From positions 992,001 through 1,056,000 of the forward strand of contig NW_026920935.1 of the NCBI RefSeq assembly GCF_032062105.1: a DNA stretch of 64,000 bases, written 5' to 3'. The stretch is from Saccostrea cucullata. Lineage: Eukaryota. The notes under the pieces are model-generated. The model made no database searches. It was given only the letters and a program-made list of their open reading frames with translations, and was not told the origin of the DNA. A program made the translations under genes and the position numbers. The first letter of the stretch is position 1; each line of letters begins with the position of its first letter. Positions 63,720-64,000 of this stretch are shown here, in pieces.

Positions 63720-63985
63720 AGTGTGATTAGAGCGTCTGCTCTAGAGTTGCGACGTAAGGGGTTGATCCTTACGTCGCAGGTTCCAATCCCATAAGTCGGA
63801 TGAGACCGTATAACAGTAAATGAAATCCCGTGTCGCAGAAGACTGGCACAAAAAAGCTCAAAGGTTGTAAGTGTCCAGTACAGTAATAGGACAAAATTTG
63901 CAGCTCTCCACTGACAGGTTGTGGTGTCTCCATTTGAGTGAAAAGTTATCGAGAGGGACGTTAATCAACATACAAATAAACTCAA
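63720..63985 (+). mobile_element. tRNA-derived SINE, more diverged
   Basis: tRNA-like head, CCCGTGTCGCAG..TGGCAC body, GAGAGGGACGTTAA tail. Confidence 0.7.
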
Positions 63986-64000
63986 TTAAAATGATGAACG

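Overview
AT-rich, intron-containing animal genomic DNA. The repeat repertoire (Helentron-like elements with internal satellite arrays, tRNA-derived SINEs with (AATC)n tails, Penelope-like RT copies) suggests a bivalve, probably an oyster (inference). Two + strand genes could be spliced by hand. (1) A TNF-receptor-superfamily gene (~12555-18392) with Cys-rich domains, a TM helix, a death domain and a long C-terminal tail with TRAF-type motifs; kappaB-like sites and a TATA box lie just upstream of a 129-N gap that probably hides exon 1. (2) An intact 14-exon, 467-aa PLP-dependent aromatic-L-amino-acid decarboxylase (DDC/HDC/TDC family) paralog (34768-55092). The second gene is the main candidate for new biology. 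It keeps the PLP Lys and catalytic Tyr but has Asn at the position of the near-invariant His192, the change that defines insect DOPAL (aromatic acetaldehyde) synthases. Its substrate pocket is also heavily remodelled (W71H, T82L, F103T, F309T, G354T; human DDC numbering). The rest of the window is transposon debris: decayed Gypsy-like elements (one followed by a decayed C2H2 zinc-finger ORF), Penelope-like copies, SINEs, satellite-carrying Helentron derivatives, and Tc1/mariner-, MULE- and MITE-type elements. All calls come from manual reading; no searches were run.
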